Assembly (NCBI GenBank): GCA_965208675.1
Contig: OZ242351.1
Coordinates: forward strand, 480,001-544,000
Direction of reading: 5' to 3'
DNA length: 64,000 nt
Source of the DNA: Candidatus Poribacteria bacterium
GTDB lineage: Bacteria > Poribacteria > WGA-4E > PCPOR2b
A program made the position numbers and the translations under genes. This document shows positions 41,048 through 51,630 of this stretch, in pieces. The notes beneath the pieces are model-generated. The model had not been told where the DNA came from. It saw only the letters and a list, made by a program, of their open reading frames with translations, and did not search any database. Each line of letters begins with the position of its first letter. Position 1 is the stretch's first letter.

Positions 41048-44000
41048 ATGATGTACCAAGTCCACATGATTTTGGGGTTCATGACATTCCTGTTCGTCGC
41101 AATCGGTTTTACGCACGGCTCAGAACAGATGCAACCCGAATTTTTTGACGCTGAAGGGTTGGGAGCAACCAGCCAACTCATTAGTGACCGCGTTCTATCA
41201 CTAGCCGTCGATTCACGCTATGTGTGGGTTGGAACAGATCGGGGATTGAGTCGGTACGATAAACGGAGCGACCAGTGGGACAATTTTACCGTTAAAGACG
41301 GCTTGGCGCATAATACCGTGGTTTCCATCGCTCTAGACAGCGATTTGGCCTGGATTGGTACACGCGATGGTGTGAGTTGTTTTGACGTGCATACAAATAC
41401 CTGGACGCGCTACATGCCGCGTGACGGCTTGGCAGGGCGAGACATCTCCTGCATCGCTGTGGATTCGAGATTCATCTGGTTTGGCACACCAAACGGACTG
41501 TCGCGCTACGACAAAGAGACGAATAGTTGGGCGCAGAAACGCGAAAAGGACGGACTCGCGGGTGACGCGGTGACACGCATTACCATTGATGAAGACTACA
41601 TCTGGATTGGTACGCGGAATGGGATCTCCAGATACGACAAACTCACCGATTCGTGGAACAACTACGACACAAATAGCGGTCTCGTTGACAACAGTGTGGC
41701 AGCTATAGCCGCAGACGGGGATTTTGTGTGGTTCGGTACGGAAGAAAAAGGCCTCAGCCTCTATGACCGGCGGAATTCAGATTTCGTCAGGACGTATACC
41801 AAAAAAGATCAGCTGGCGAGCGATCACATTAGGGCATTAGCAGCCGATGGGACATCTCTGTGGTTAGGAACCGCCGATCGCGGTGTACAGCGATATATCT
41901 TATCTGTGAACACATGGCAGCAATACACGGTTTTAAATCCTGAAAAAACGGAAAATACGGCGCCAACTGGGTTAATTTCCAATCACATAACGGCGATCGC
42001 ACCTGACGGTAATGTGGTGTGGTTCGGCACACACGAACATGGATTGGCACGGCATGACTTGCGCCGCGGAACGTGGAAATTTTACGGCGAAGTAAAAGCG
42101 TTGAGCGATAACGATGTTAAAGATGTGGCTGTAACGGACGAATCGGTTTGGGTAGCGACGCGATTTGGATTGAATCAGGCATCGTATCGGGACGTTGCGG
42201 AGTTTTCGACTGAATGTAATTGGCGAACATTTCGTAAGGCGGACGGCTTGGCGGATAACTATATCACTTGCGTCTTGCAAGTGGAAGAGGACGTTTGGGT
42301 CGGTACGCCGAGTGGTTTGGGGTTGCGGCGTGGAGACGAGGGCGAGTGGATGTTTTTTTCGACGAAAGATGGACTTCCGCATGACTTCGTGACCTGCCTG
42401 GCGTGGCAACCGACGATCAGAGAATCCGAAAAGCGGGAATCACTGGAAGAAACGCGAAAACAAAAGGGGACGGAGGACGAAGACATTCAAACTCGTTATG
42501 ATTCGCGTCTATGGATTGGGACAAAAGCCGGAATTTCGACATACGAACCGCAAAGCCGCCAATGGAATACGTATCCGCCGCCATTGCAAATTTCAGGTCG
42601 CGTTAACGACATTGTATTCGACGGTGATTTCGTCTGGATCGCTACGGAGTATGGACTTGTTTATTATGATGGGGCCGCAGGTGAATCAGGAAAACTGACC
42701 GTAAAGGACGGTTTGCCTGCAGACATGATTAACACGGCTGCTATAGGCAATCGGTCTATATGGGTTGGCACGCAATCGGGCTTATCACAACTGAGCAAAT
42801 CATCATTTAAAACCCGTTCACCCTCGTCCGCCACGCACATACCGCGTTCAAACGTAAGGGCGGTTGCCGTTGATGGCAGGGACGTCTGGATTGGAACTCC
42901 GTCTGGTTTGTATTGCATTGCCGGCGATGCATTTACACATTACACACGCGAGAGCACCGATGGCGGGCTTGTTAGCGATAATGTAAAAGCTATTGAGATA
43001 GACGGCGGCAAAGTTTGGGTCGGTACCACTGCGGGCTTTAGTGTCTTGGATAAGCATGGAAAGAAGTGGTCGAAACATTCCGCGGCGGCAACCACAGAAG
43101 TGCTGCGATCGAATTGGGTAAGCAAGCTCGCCGAGGATGGAACTGATATTTGGTTCGGCAATTGGAATGACTCTGCAGATGGCGCCATTGTAAAGTACGA
43201 TAGACGAACAGATACTTTTCGATTCTTCGACAAAGATGACCTACCATTGAAACCCACCGGCCGACCGATTACGCACATACACGCACTAACTGCAGGCGAA
43301 AATGGGGTTTGGGCCGGCACTAACGGAGGGTTGTTACGCTACGACAAAACGAAGGATTCATGGCGTCATTACACCGTGTATGACGGTCTACCGAACAATG
43401 AAGTCTGGAGTATCGTCTTCGATTTGCCCTACGTATGGACAGCACATATTGGCGGCGTGGTTAGTCGATATTCGATCGCAATGGATGAATGGACGACTTT
43501 CGAAATTTCGCCAAGCGAAACATGGAGCGGAATCGGTTCCATTGCTGTTGACCCGCAATATGTCTGGGTCACGACGATGTGGGATGGGCTCAAGCGATAC
43601 GAAAAATCAACAGGTACATGGACAAATGTCACGGAGGTACACGGTTTGGGTGATAACGAAGCGAACGATCTGCTTGTTGACGGCGAGCATGTCTGGGTCA
43701 CCGGTTGGGGGGATGCCAGCCGATACAATCGGCGAACCGGGGAATGGAATGTCTTCAGCCGGTGGCGCGTGCTCTCCGGTCCGAACATTTACCTCAGTAG
43801 AGGTCTGGACGGAGTTTGGCTTGCATACCCGTGGCTAAGTTGGGGCGATGCAATCGCCTCAAAATATCACAATAAATCCGGATCATGGACAACATTGAAC
43901 GTACCGGAAATTGAAAGGGGCTATTTTGGACGTACAATGCAGGTCGTGGAATCCATTGACAGTGTTTGGTTCGCGGTGGAATGGCTGGGATTGGCTCGAT

Positions 44001-45187
44001 ATAATAAAGGCTCAAACGACTGGACATTCTTCGATGAAAAAAACGGTCTTGCAAGCGGCGAGCTCCATGAGCACTCCATAGTCGTCGACGAAAACTATGT
44101 CTGGGTGGGAACGGCTGGTGGATTGGGTCGGTATGACATTGAGAGAGAGGTCTGGACGACTTTCACGCAGTCGCCGTTAACGCCGATAGGGCGTGCTCGA
44201 AAAGTGTACGCAATTGCGGCTGAAGCGCGTTTTGTGTGGGTGGGAACTCCCAACGGTCTGCATCGATATGACAAAGATACAGACCGATGGTACTCCCCGC
44301 GTCCGAGGGGAAAAGACGGTAACATGCTAGATAATCCAAGCGTCGGTAGTATCGCGATGGACGAAAAATATGTTTGGCTAGGTACTAACGAAGGTGTCTT
44401 GCGATATGATAAAGCCGGAGACTACTGGGAAGTGTACACAGATGAAAACGGCCTTCCGTCCAACGCTGTCCGAGATGTGGCAGTCAGAAGCTACGAAGTG
44501 TGGATTGCGACGGATCATGGTGTCGCGGTATTCAACCGACTGTCTGACGATCCAAATACCTGGGAGTCGCACACGCAGGAGTTGGAAATCAAAGCGATGC
44601 AAGATGTCAAAAGGTACGCGGAGTCGCTCCTGAGCAATGATGTACGGTGTGTCGGAGTCGGCGATAGGTCTATCTGGTTCGGTACGGACAAAGGGCCGTG
44701 CCGTTACGATAGAGAGAAAAAGACATGGATGTCCTTCTTCAAGAGTGTCGCATCTTCGTCGCAAATTGCTGGTTTTTCAGAATCGCCCGCCCATCACGCA
44801 GCGAAGATTGCTGACATCAGCGTCATCGCCGTTGATGAAGATTATGTCTGGATCGGTACCAGTAAAGGCGCAGCAAAGTATCATCTAGTATCCGGGGATT
44901 TCGACACTTTCACCCAATCGGACGGTTTGGCGAGTAATCTAGTTACGTGTATTGCTCTCAACCACGAGGAAATATGGTTCGGATCAGCGAACGCGGGAGT
45001 CACACGACTGAATAAAGTGTCAGGCAAATGGCGCGTCTTTAACGCAACTGATGGTCTGCTCCACGATCGAGTCGAAGCCATTGCGTTTGATGGGGATCAG
45101 CGGTGGTTCGGCACAGAGCTTGGACTGTGTCGGTACGATCCAAAAACCGAAACATGGACAAGTTATGCGGAGGATTTCAATCCTTGA
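41048..45187 (+). CDS. giant multi-beta-propeller repeat protein 2, signal peptide
   Basis: Same repeat as 35211; hydrophobic N-terminus after the ATG at 41048/41051. Confidence 0.85.
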   Translation: MMYQVHMILGFMTFLFVAIGFTHGSEQMQPEFFDAEGLGATSQLISDRVLSLAVDSRYVWVGTDRGLSRYDKRSDQWDNFTVKDGLAHNTVVSIALDSDLAWIGTRDGVSCFDVHTNTWTRYMPRDGLAGRDISCIAVDSRFIWFGTPNGLSRYDKETNSWAQKREKDGLAGDAVTRITIDEDYIWIGTRNGISRYDKLTDSWNNYDTNSGLVDNSVAAIAADGDFVWFGTEEKGLSLYDRRNSDFVRTYTKKDQLASDHIRALAADGTSLWLGTADRGVQRYILSVNTWQQYTVLNPEKTENTAPTGLISNHITAIAPDGNVVWFGTHEHGLARHDLRRGTWKFYGEVKALSDNDVKDVAVTDESVWVATRFGLNQASYRDVAEFSTECNWRTFRKADGLADNYITCVLQVEEDVWVGTPSGLGLRRGDEGEWMFFSTKDGLPHDFVTCLAWQPTIRESEKRESLEETRKQKGTEDEDIQTRYDSRLWIGTKAGISTYEPQSRQWNTYPPPLQISGRVNDIVFDGDFVWIATEYGLVYYDGAAGESGKLTVKDGLPADMINTAAIGNRSIWVGTQSGLSQLSKSSFKTRSPSSATHIPRSNVRAVAVDGRDVWIGTPSGLYCIAGDAFTHYTRESTDGGLVSDNVKAIEIDGGKVWVGTTAGFSVLDKHGKKWSKHSAAATTEVLRSNWVSKLAEDGTDIWFGNWNDSADGAIVKYDRRTDTFRFFDKDDLPLKPTGRPITHIHALTAGENGVWAGTNGGLLRYDKTKDSWRHYTVYDGLPNNEVWSIVFDLPYVWTAHIGGVVSRYSIAMDEWTTFEISPSETWSGIGSIAVDPQYVWVTTMWDGLKRYEKSTGTWTNVTEVHGLGDNEANDLLVDGEHVWVTGWGDASRYNRRTGEWNVFSRWRVLSGPNIYLSRGLDGVWLAYPWLSWGDAIASKYHNKSGSWTTLNVPEIERGYFGRTMQVVESIDSVWFAVEWLGLARYNKGSNDWTFFDEKNGLASGELHEHSIVVDENYVWVGTAGGLGRYDIEREVWTTFTQSPLTPIGRARKVYAIAAEARFVWVGTPNGLHRYDKDTDRWYSPRPRGKDGNMLDNPSVGSIAMDEKYVWLGTNEGVLRYDKAGDYWEVYTDENGLPSNAVRDVAVRSYEVWIATDHGVAVFNRLSDDPNTWESHTQELEIKAMQDVKRYAESLLSNDVRCVGVGDRSIWFGTDKGPCRYDREKKTWMSFFKSVASSSQIAGFSESPAHHAAKIADISVIAVDEDYVWIGTSKGAAKYHLVSGDFDTFTQSDGLASNLVTCIALNHEEIWFGSANAGVTRLNKVSGKWRVFNATDGLLHDRVEAIAFDGDQRWFGTELGLCRYDPKTETWTSYAEDFNP

Positions 45188-45220
45188 CGGTCCAAGGATT
45201 TCCTGCAGAGAAATGACAAG

Positions 45221-48200
45221 ATGAAGAAACAGGTGAAATGCACAATACAAATTTTGCTCTACTTATTGCTAATCTCCCTGATCGGGAGCGGTTTGGCTCA
45301 TCTTAACTCAGAGGACGATAAAGTGAAAGTTCTGGAGGAATCAACACTTTCCCAAACGGCATCAGGAAAAACGTTGGTGAGCGATAACATCCGCTGCGTT
45401 TCAACTTCTTCCGACCACGTTTGGGTAGGAACAGACCGAGGTGTCAGCGTCTACAATAAGGCGGATAGCCGTTGGACGAAGTTAGATTGGGAAGACGGTT
45501 TAGTCTCAGATGATGTCACCGCGTTGTCCGCCGATCGAGAGATTCTCTGGGTAGGTACAACTCTGGGTATCAGCCTTTACAACATTGAGAATGGCGGTTT
45601 CACGAATTTTCAACGGCGCGACGGTTTAGCAAGCAACAAAGTCACCGCAATCGCTGTGGACGGAAATTACATCTGGGTCGGTACGGAGTCCGGTATTTCG
45701 CGTTATGATAGGACAACGGGTACATGGGCATTACATCGGGAGAAAGACAAAGATCGGTTTAACTCCATTACCGTAATTGCAGTGGAATCGGAGTATGTTT
45801 GGTTTGGTACAGAAGATGGGCTACGGCGATACGATAAATCTAAGGACGCATGGAACGCTTACACGAAAGAGGACGGGCTGGTGGAAAACCATATCCGTTG
45901 TATTGCATTAAGCCCTGATGCTGTTTGGGTGGGTACAGAGAAATCGGGTGTGAGCAAATACAGTGTAGCCAACCAATCCTTCACCGAAAGCCATACCCGA
46001 ACGGATTTGTTGGAAAGCGATTTCATCAGGGCGATTGCAGTTGACGGCGACAATGTCTGGTTTGGTTCCGCAGACCGCGGAATTCGACGGTTTATTTCAA
46101 CGGTGAATACTTGGTTTAATTACACGGCTGGCAAAGGTTTAGTTAGCGATCACATTTCTTGGCTGCATGTTGATGGCGACCATATTTGGATCGGCAGCTA
46201 CGAGTTCGGTTTGGGTCAATTCGATAAAACGAACGATGGCTGGACATGGTATACAAAGCGAGATTCGCTGGTGTCCAATCAGATCAAATCCGTCGTTTCA
46301 ACTGAGAAGGCACTCTGGATTGGTACGAATAAAGGCCTGAATCGCTATGCACCTCAAAAAAAGTCGTGGAAGACGTTCACCAAGGCAGATGGTCTAGTGA
46401 CAAATTATATTACGCATTTGTCGGTAGGTGTGGATAACAGCACGATATGGGTCGGGACGCCATTGGGATTAGGGACGCTAGTTGGAAAACAGTGGAGATT
46501 CTATACGGAACGACATGGACTGGCAAATGACTACGTTACCGGTATCAGCGCGGTTCCCGGAAAGGTTTGGGTTGCGACCAAGGGTGGAGTGACTTCTTTT
46601 TCCGTAACCGCAACCCTGGAAACTGGGATTGAACAAACCAGCGCATCAACGATTAGGCAAGACTCACCGCGCGTTACATCCCGCGTCACACTTCATGATT
46701 CACAATCGTATCTTACTAGCAAGTGGGTAACCGCCGTCCTGGCAATTGGGGAAGAAGTGTGGGCGGGTACAACAGATGGGCTGTACCGGATAAACGATGA
46801 GACAGGCGAATTTGAGCCCGTTCTGAAAGTTAGTAATTATGTTAACGCACTTGCCTCTAGTGGTGATAAGCAATTGCTGGTTGGCACCCGAAACGGGTTG
46901 TGGATCATAGGGAACGAAAGGTCATCACAAATCACAGAAGGATTGCCGAACTTGAATGTCAGGTCCGTCGCGGTAGACAACGGGACCATCTGGGTAGGAA
47001 CGCCGGGCGGTGTTGCGCGTCTGAATAACGGGAGCGTTAATCAGGTTATTACAATGCAGGCTGGCGGCTTACTTCACGATAATGTACAGAGCATTGCTGC
47101 CGCGGATCGGCAGGTATTTTTCGGTACCGTCGCCGGTCTCGCTATCTATAACGTAGAGAACAGTCAGTGGGAACAATATAAACCGTATTACGATACAAAA
47201 ATTCTTAAAGAGGAACAAATCGGGTGGATTGAGTTGGATGGACACCGCCTGTGGGCGCTCAATTGGTCGTCTTCTCCAAATGGCGCAATTTTTAAATTCG
47301 ATCGGCGCACTGAGACGTGGATCGAATACACGAAAAGCGCACTGCCACTCTCTTCGAAAGTCCCGGTTATCACCGAAATTCACCGTCTGGCGGTAGGAGA
47401 AGAAGATGTCTGGTTTGCCGCTGGTGACGGTGGCGTACTGCGTTACAATAAAGCATCGGATACATGGACCCACATCACTATGTCCACTGGGTTACCGGGA
47501 CACCACGCTACCCTAATCGAGATAGATGGACAAAATGGCGTTTGGGTTTCTTTCCAAGGCGGAGTAGCAGGGCAGTATGATACACGAACGCAAAAATGGG
47601 AGACTGTGAAGGTGGCAGAAGCTGGTGCCGGAACGCGCGTTGAGGATATCGCTTGCACTAACGATTACGTCTGGTTTGCAACAAATAGCGCAGGGATTAG
47701 AAGATATGAACAATCTACGCAAACATGGAATTCGTACACGGAAGCGCAAGGTATGGCGTCGCGGTTTACTCATTGGATCGACGCGGATGGCGAAGGTGTG
47801 TGGACTAGCGGTGGTACTTCTTGGTCATGGGTCAGTGACCGAGGTGTGCGAGGGGTGAGTTTCTATCGTCCAATAGAAAACAGTTGGACGTTTTTTGACT
47901 GGAGAAACGGTTTGCGTGCAGAAGCGACCGGCTACGGACAGGTTGGCGAAAATTATGTTTGGTGTTTTGGATGGGAAGGAATCAACAGATACCATAAAAA
48001 AAGCAAATCTTGGACTTCCTTCAATTCCAGCGATGGTTTGCTAGTCCGTAATGTCCGTGCGGTCGCAATAGACAGTGACGGTTTCTGGGTAGGTTCGGAT
48101 GAAAGGGGTATTTGGAAGTACGCGCAAGCCTCTGGGGCATGGACAGTGTTCACCGTTGAGGACGGTTTAATTGATGGCAGCGTCCAACCATACGCGCTCA

Positions 48201-49303
48201 AAGTAGATCCGGAACATGTGTGGGTTGGAACGTCACAAGGTTTGAGCCGATACGATAAAAGGAGGAGGACATGGATTTCGTTCACCAAACCGACTACATT
48301 GGCAGACCGGCGAGCCGTCTCAGTTGCTGCTGATAGCCAATTCGCATGGGTCGGCACACACCGCGGCTTGAGTCGATACGACAAAATGTACGACAGATGG
48401 AGACATTTTAGGACTGAAAACGAAGAAAACGAGGATAATGGAGACGATGAGCGCGAGGAAAGTAGGGAAGAAAAAAGGAACGAACTGGTAGACAACAGCG
48501 TCGTAGATCTTTCTGTCGGTGTGCGGTACGTTTGGATCGCGACTGAAGGCGGGGTCGGCCGGTACGATAAAATCGCTAATCGGTTTGAATCGTACACCAA
48601 CGAGAATCAACTGCCGAGCGTCGATATCCGGGCAGTTGCAGAGAATAAAAGCGATGTGTGGATTGGGACGAAAAACGGCATTAGCAAGCACAGTATTCTA
48701 TCGGAAGATCGGAATGCCTGGGAAACATATAATGCTGCGATTGAAATCTTGCCAACAGTGAAGGGTAAGTACGCTAGGAGCTTGGAAAATGATGATGTGC
48801 GATGCCTTGCAATCGATGACATTCGAGTTTGGGTCGGAACCAAAACAGGCGTCTCACTCTATGAAATCGAAAAAGGGACGTGGAACACCTTTACTCAAAA
48901 GGATGGGTTGGCTAGTGATGAGGTAAGTTGTATTACACTTGACGGGGGGCGCGTATGGTTCGGGAGCGGGCGCGGTGTGACAGTTTATGATACGGAAAAT
49001 GATACCTGGAAGGTTCTTACAGAAGCGGATGGCTTGGGTTCGAATCTAATCACGTCTATCGCAATCCACCGGAGCCAAATCTGGTTTGGTACATTCGATA
49101 GTGGAACCACTGTGTTAGACAAAATCACCGGAAAATTCACGACCTTCACTAGAGCTGATGGACTTCCTCATAACGGCATCCTGTCGATTGCAGTAGACGG
49201 TAACTATCTCTGGTTCGGCACGCACGGCGGATTGACCCGATTTGATTCTGTAGCTAGGACGTGGACAGTCTATACTGAGCGATTTGACTATGATGGGTTG
49301 TAG
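45221..49303 (+). CDS. giant multi-beta-propeller repeat protein 3, signal peptide
   Basis: Same repeat; MKKQVK...LLYLLLISLIGSGLA signal peptide. Confidence 0.87.
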   Translation: MKKQVKCTIQILLYLLLISLIGSGLAHLNSEDDKVKVLEESTLSQTASGKTLVSDNIRCVSTSSDHVWVGTDRGVSVYNKADSRWTKLDWEDGLVSDDVTALSADREILWVGTTLGISLYNIENGGFTNFQRRDGLASNKVTAIAVDGNYIWVGTESGISRYDRTTGTWALHREKDKDRFNSITVIAVESEYVWFGTEDGLRRYDKSKDAWNAYTKEDGLVENHIRCIALSPDAVWVGTEKSGVSKYSVANQSFTESHTRTDLLESDFIRAIAVDGDNVWFGSADRGIRRFISTVNTWFNYTAGKGLVSDHISWLHVDGDHIWIGSYEFGLGQFDKTNDGWTWYTKRDSLVSNQIKSVVSTEKALWIGTNKGLNRYAPQKKSWKTFTKADGLVTNYITHLSVGVDNSTIWVGTPLGLGTLVGKQWRFYTERHGLANDYVTGISAVPGKVWVATKGGVTSFSVTATLETGIEQTSASTIRQDSPRVTSRVTLHDSQSYLTSKWVTAVLAIGEEVWAGTTDGLYRINDETGEFEPVLKVSNYVNALASSGDKQLLVGTRNGLWIIGNERSSQITEGLPNLNVRSVAVDNGTIWVGTPGGVARLNNGSVNQVITMQAGGLLHDNVQSIAAADRQVFFGTVAGLAIYNVENSQWEQYKPYYDTKILKEEQIGWIELDGHRLWALNWSSSPNGAIFKFDRRTETWIEYTKSALPLSSKVPVITEIHRLAVGEEDVWFAAGDGGVLRYNKASDTWTHITMSTGLPGHHATLIEIDGQNGVWVSFQGGVAGQYDTRTQKWETVKVAEAGAGTRVEDIACTNDYVWFATNSAGIRRYEQSTQTWNSYTEAQGMASRFTHWIDADGEGVWTSGGTSWSWVSDRGVRGVSFYRPIENSWTFFDWRNGLRAEATGYGQVGENYVWCFGWEGINRYHKKSKSWTSFNSSDGLLVRNVRAVAIDSDGFWVGSDERGIWKYAQASGAWTVFTVEDGLIDGSVQPYALKVDPEHVWVGTSQGLSRYDKRRRTWISFTKPTTLADRRAVSVAADSQFAWVGTHRGLSRYDKMYDRWRHFRTENEENEDNGDDEREESREEKRNELVDNSVVDLSVGVRYVWIATEGGVGRYDKIANRFESYTNENQLPSVDIRAVAENKSDVWIGTKNGISKHSILSEDRNAWETYNAAIEILPTVKGKYARSLENDDVRCLAIDDIRVWVGTKTGVSLYEIEKGTWNTFTQKDGLASDEVSCITLDGGRVWFGSGRGVTVYDTENDTWKVLTEADGLGSNLITSIAIHRSQIWFGTFDSGTTVLDKITGKFTTFTRADGLPHNGILSIAVDGNYLWFGTHGGLTRFDSVARTWTVYTERFDYDGL

Positions 49304-49340
49304 AGCTTGATACACAATACACATTGAGGAAGTTGAGCAG

Positions 49341-51308
49341 ATGAGGATATGGAATTTAAATGTGAAAATTTCAAAGTTTATCTTATACAGCATAGTGTTG
49401 TTTTTACTGATTGGGACTCCTGTCTACCGGGCGGCAGCGGAAGATGTGTACAGTCTATTCGGCAAGCTCTTCCTTTCAGGACGCGTAGAATATGATTTCA
49501 CGAATAAACGAGACTTTATTGCGGACACAGAAGAGGATGCCGTTCGGCAAAACGAGTTTGATTTTGACCGCGTGTTTCGCCGCGGCTTCCACAGTGTCAT
49601 GATTATTGAGGAAACGGCTGGCAACGTCAAGAACATCTTGAGTTTGGGAGAAGTGCCTACCACCTTTACGAAATTCACTTTTGATCAGATTGACCTCTCG
49701 GGTGTACGATGGGATGTCCGGTCAGAGCGTACCGATTGGACGATATTGATGGTACCCGGGTTGCTCAACCCGGTAATTGGCCAAGAAAATGTTCATGGAT
49801 CGGGGATTGGCATACGCGAAGTAACGAAATTCGGGAAGTCTAAGTTTGGAGCTTCTTGGTACTTCCGCGATACGCCTGTATGGGCTTTGGATTTAGAGAC
49901 TAACTTTGCAAATTACGGTTTGAAGGCGGAATTTGCGACGACCCCGAAAGGTGCGTTGAGAAAAAACTTCAGTTCTCGTTTTGATGCGACGACGACGGTG
50001 TTTAAGGCGTTCCGAACCGTTGGTGACACAATCTTCCAGGGGGAGGCCTTTCGCGTCGGACCGCAATTCGATGCCTCGCGTTCTGTCGGGGATAACGACG
50101 ATCAGGACCGTTATAGCGATAACACAACGTTAGATCCGCCCTCATTGATTATTCCGGGCGATTTGGACAAGAATAACAACGGTACGTTCGATTACGAGGA
50201 TGATATTCTACTATTTGACGTTGATGAAGATTTTCTTGATGAAAGGGATCGAAATAACAACGGAATACGAGACGCGGAAGAGAACGACAAAGATCCCAAT
50301 TACGAATTTGATGCTGGACTGCGAGGGATGCGTATGTTCATGAAACGCAAGACAACGCGCGGCAATACCTCCACTGACCTCGAAATTGGAATGCAATTTG
50401 AAAAAGACCTCATGGAAAGGACATTTCAACGCCGTTCAACGGCAACAAAGGCGTTCACCAATCTCATCTACAAAAAAGAACTCTCTCAGAATTCTGATTT
50501 GGTCCTTGAGAACGAACTGAAGTGGGTGAGAGACCACATCCCAGATGAGACCTAGTATTTTGCCGGATTCTTGAGCGAGACAGAAGGGCAACTCTATCGG
50601 GCTAATCCCAATGTGCAGAAATCTGAGGCGGAAGGCGGGTTGGCGTTTTTTAATGTAGATGGCGGCGTTGAGGTAGAGAAGCGGCGAATAGATCCACTCT
50701 TGATGCAGGACGATGCAATAAATACAGCCAAGGTCACTTGGGAATATTCGGGTATTAAGCACATGGTAACGACAGGGCGCGTCAAACTGCGATATAATCT
50801 GGATTTCAACCTTGAAAACGAGCATTACGAGGTCGGCATTCTAAAAACAAACTACCGAATGCGGCCATCCAAATCGCTTGAGATTACGCCGATGTTCAAA
50901 TATACGGTTCGCAACGGTTTCCAGATGGCGGAAGACCGTTTGGAACATCTCTCATTACAGGGGACAATTGATGGTGAAGAGATTTCACGCAATGTTCGAC
51001 TTAATGTAATTGAATCAGCAGATGTACGTGACATGGCGACAGCCTTTATTTTGAAAACCGTTTATCAGTTCACAAAGACTATTAAGATCACGGGCGGCGG
51101 GCAGGTGTTGCTCTTTAATGATATGCTTAAAGATGCGAACGATTTTGTTCGCCAGGCTATTCTAGCCGAGATGGAAAAGAGCTTTGTAGCTTACGAAAAG
51201 GAACTGTTTTTGCACATAGGTGCCAAATACATCGATCAACGCGCCAACGCGGACTTGAACGACGATAATTACATGGAGACATTCGTGCGTGTGTTCGGGA
51301 AGTTCTAG
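49341..51308 (+). pseudogene. outer-membrane beta-barrel-like protein with Asp-rich Ca-binding loops, split by an in-frame TAG (50553-50555)
   Basis: Signal peptide (...AAA), amphipathic strands, DLDKNNNGTFD and DRNNNGIRD loops, C-terminal VRVFGKF; ORFs 49341-50555 and 50571-51308 share a frame. Confidence 0.65.
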
Positions 51309-51525
51309 GTTGTGTGGGCGTTTCAGTTTCTATAGTCAACTCAATTATTAATTTCACATTCGAGTCGCAAATCAGATTCGTGTGTGCCGTTACAAGGATA
51401 TCAAATCTGTCTATAGGCGAACTCTGTCAATGTCTGTGTTTCTTTGTGCTTACCGCAAATTGTTATACTGAGACAATCTCAATCTCTGTAAGTATGAATG
51501 TAGTTGACTTTACTTGTAATACCAC

Positions 51526-51565
51526 AAAAAAACGCAATGCAGAAGATGAACTTCTGCATTGCGTT
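51526..51565 (-). terminator. rho-independent terminator of groEL
   Basis: 15-bp perfect stem AACGCAATGCAGAAG / CTTCTGCATTGCGTT, followed by a T-run on the minus strand. Confidence 0.8.
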
Positions 51566-51630
51566 AGCATTTTGCTTTAAAATTAGTGTCCTTATCGTAT
51601 GTTACGGAAGTGTCTCATTCCACGCACTTA

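Noticed and set aside
35157-49303. CRISPR array or DNA tandem repeat; hybrid two-component sensors
   Set aside because: The repetition is at the protein level with degenerate DNA, and there are no kinase, receiver or Y_Y_Y domains.
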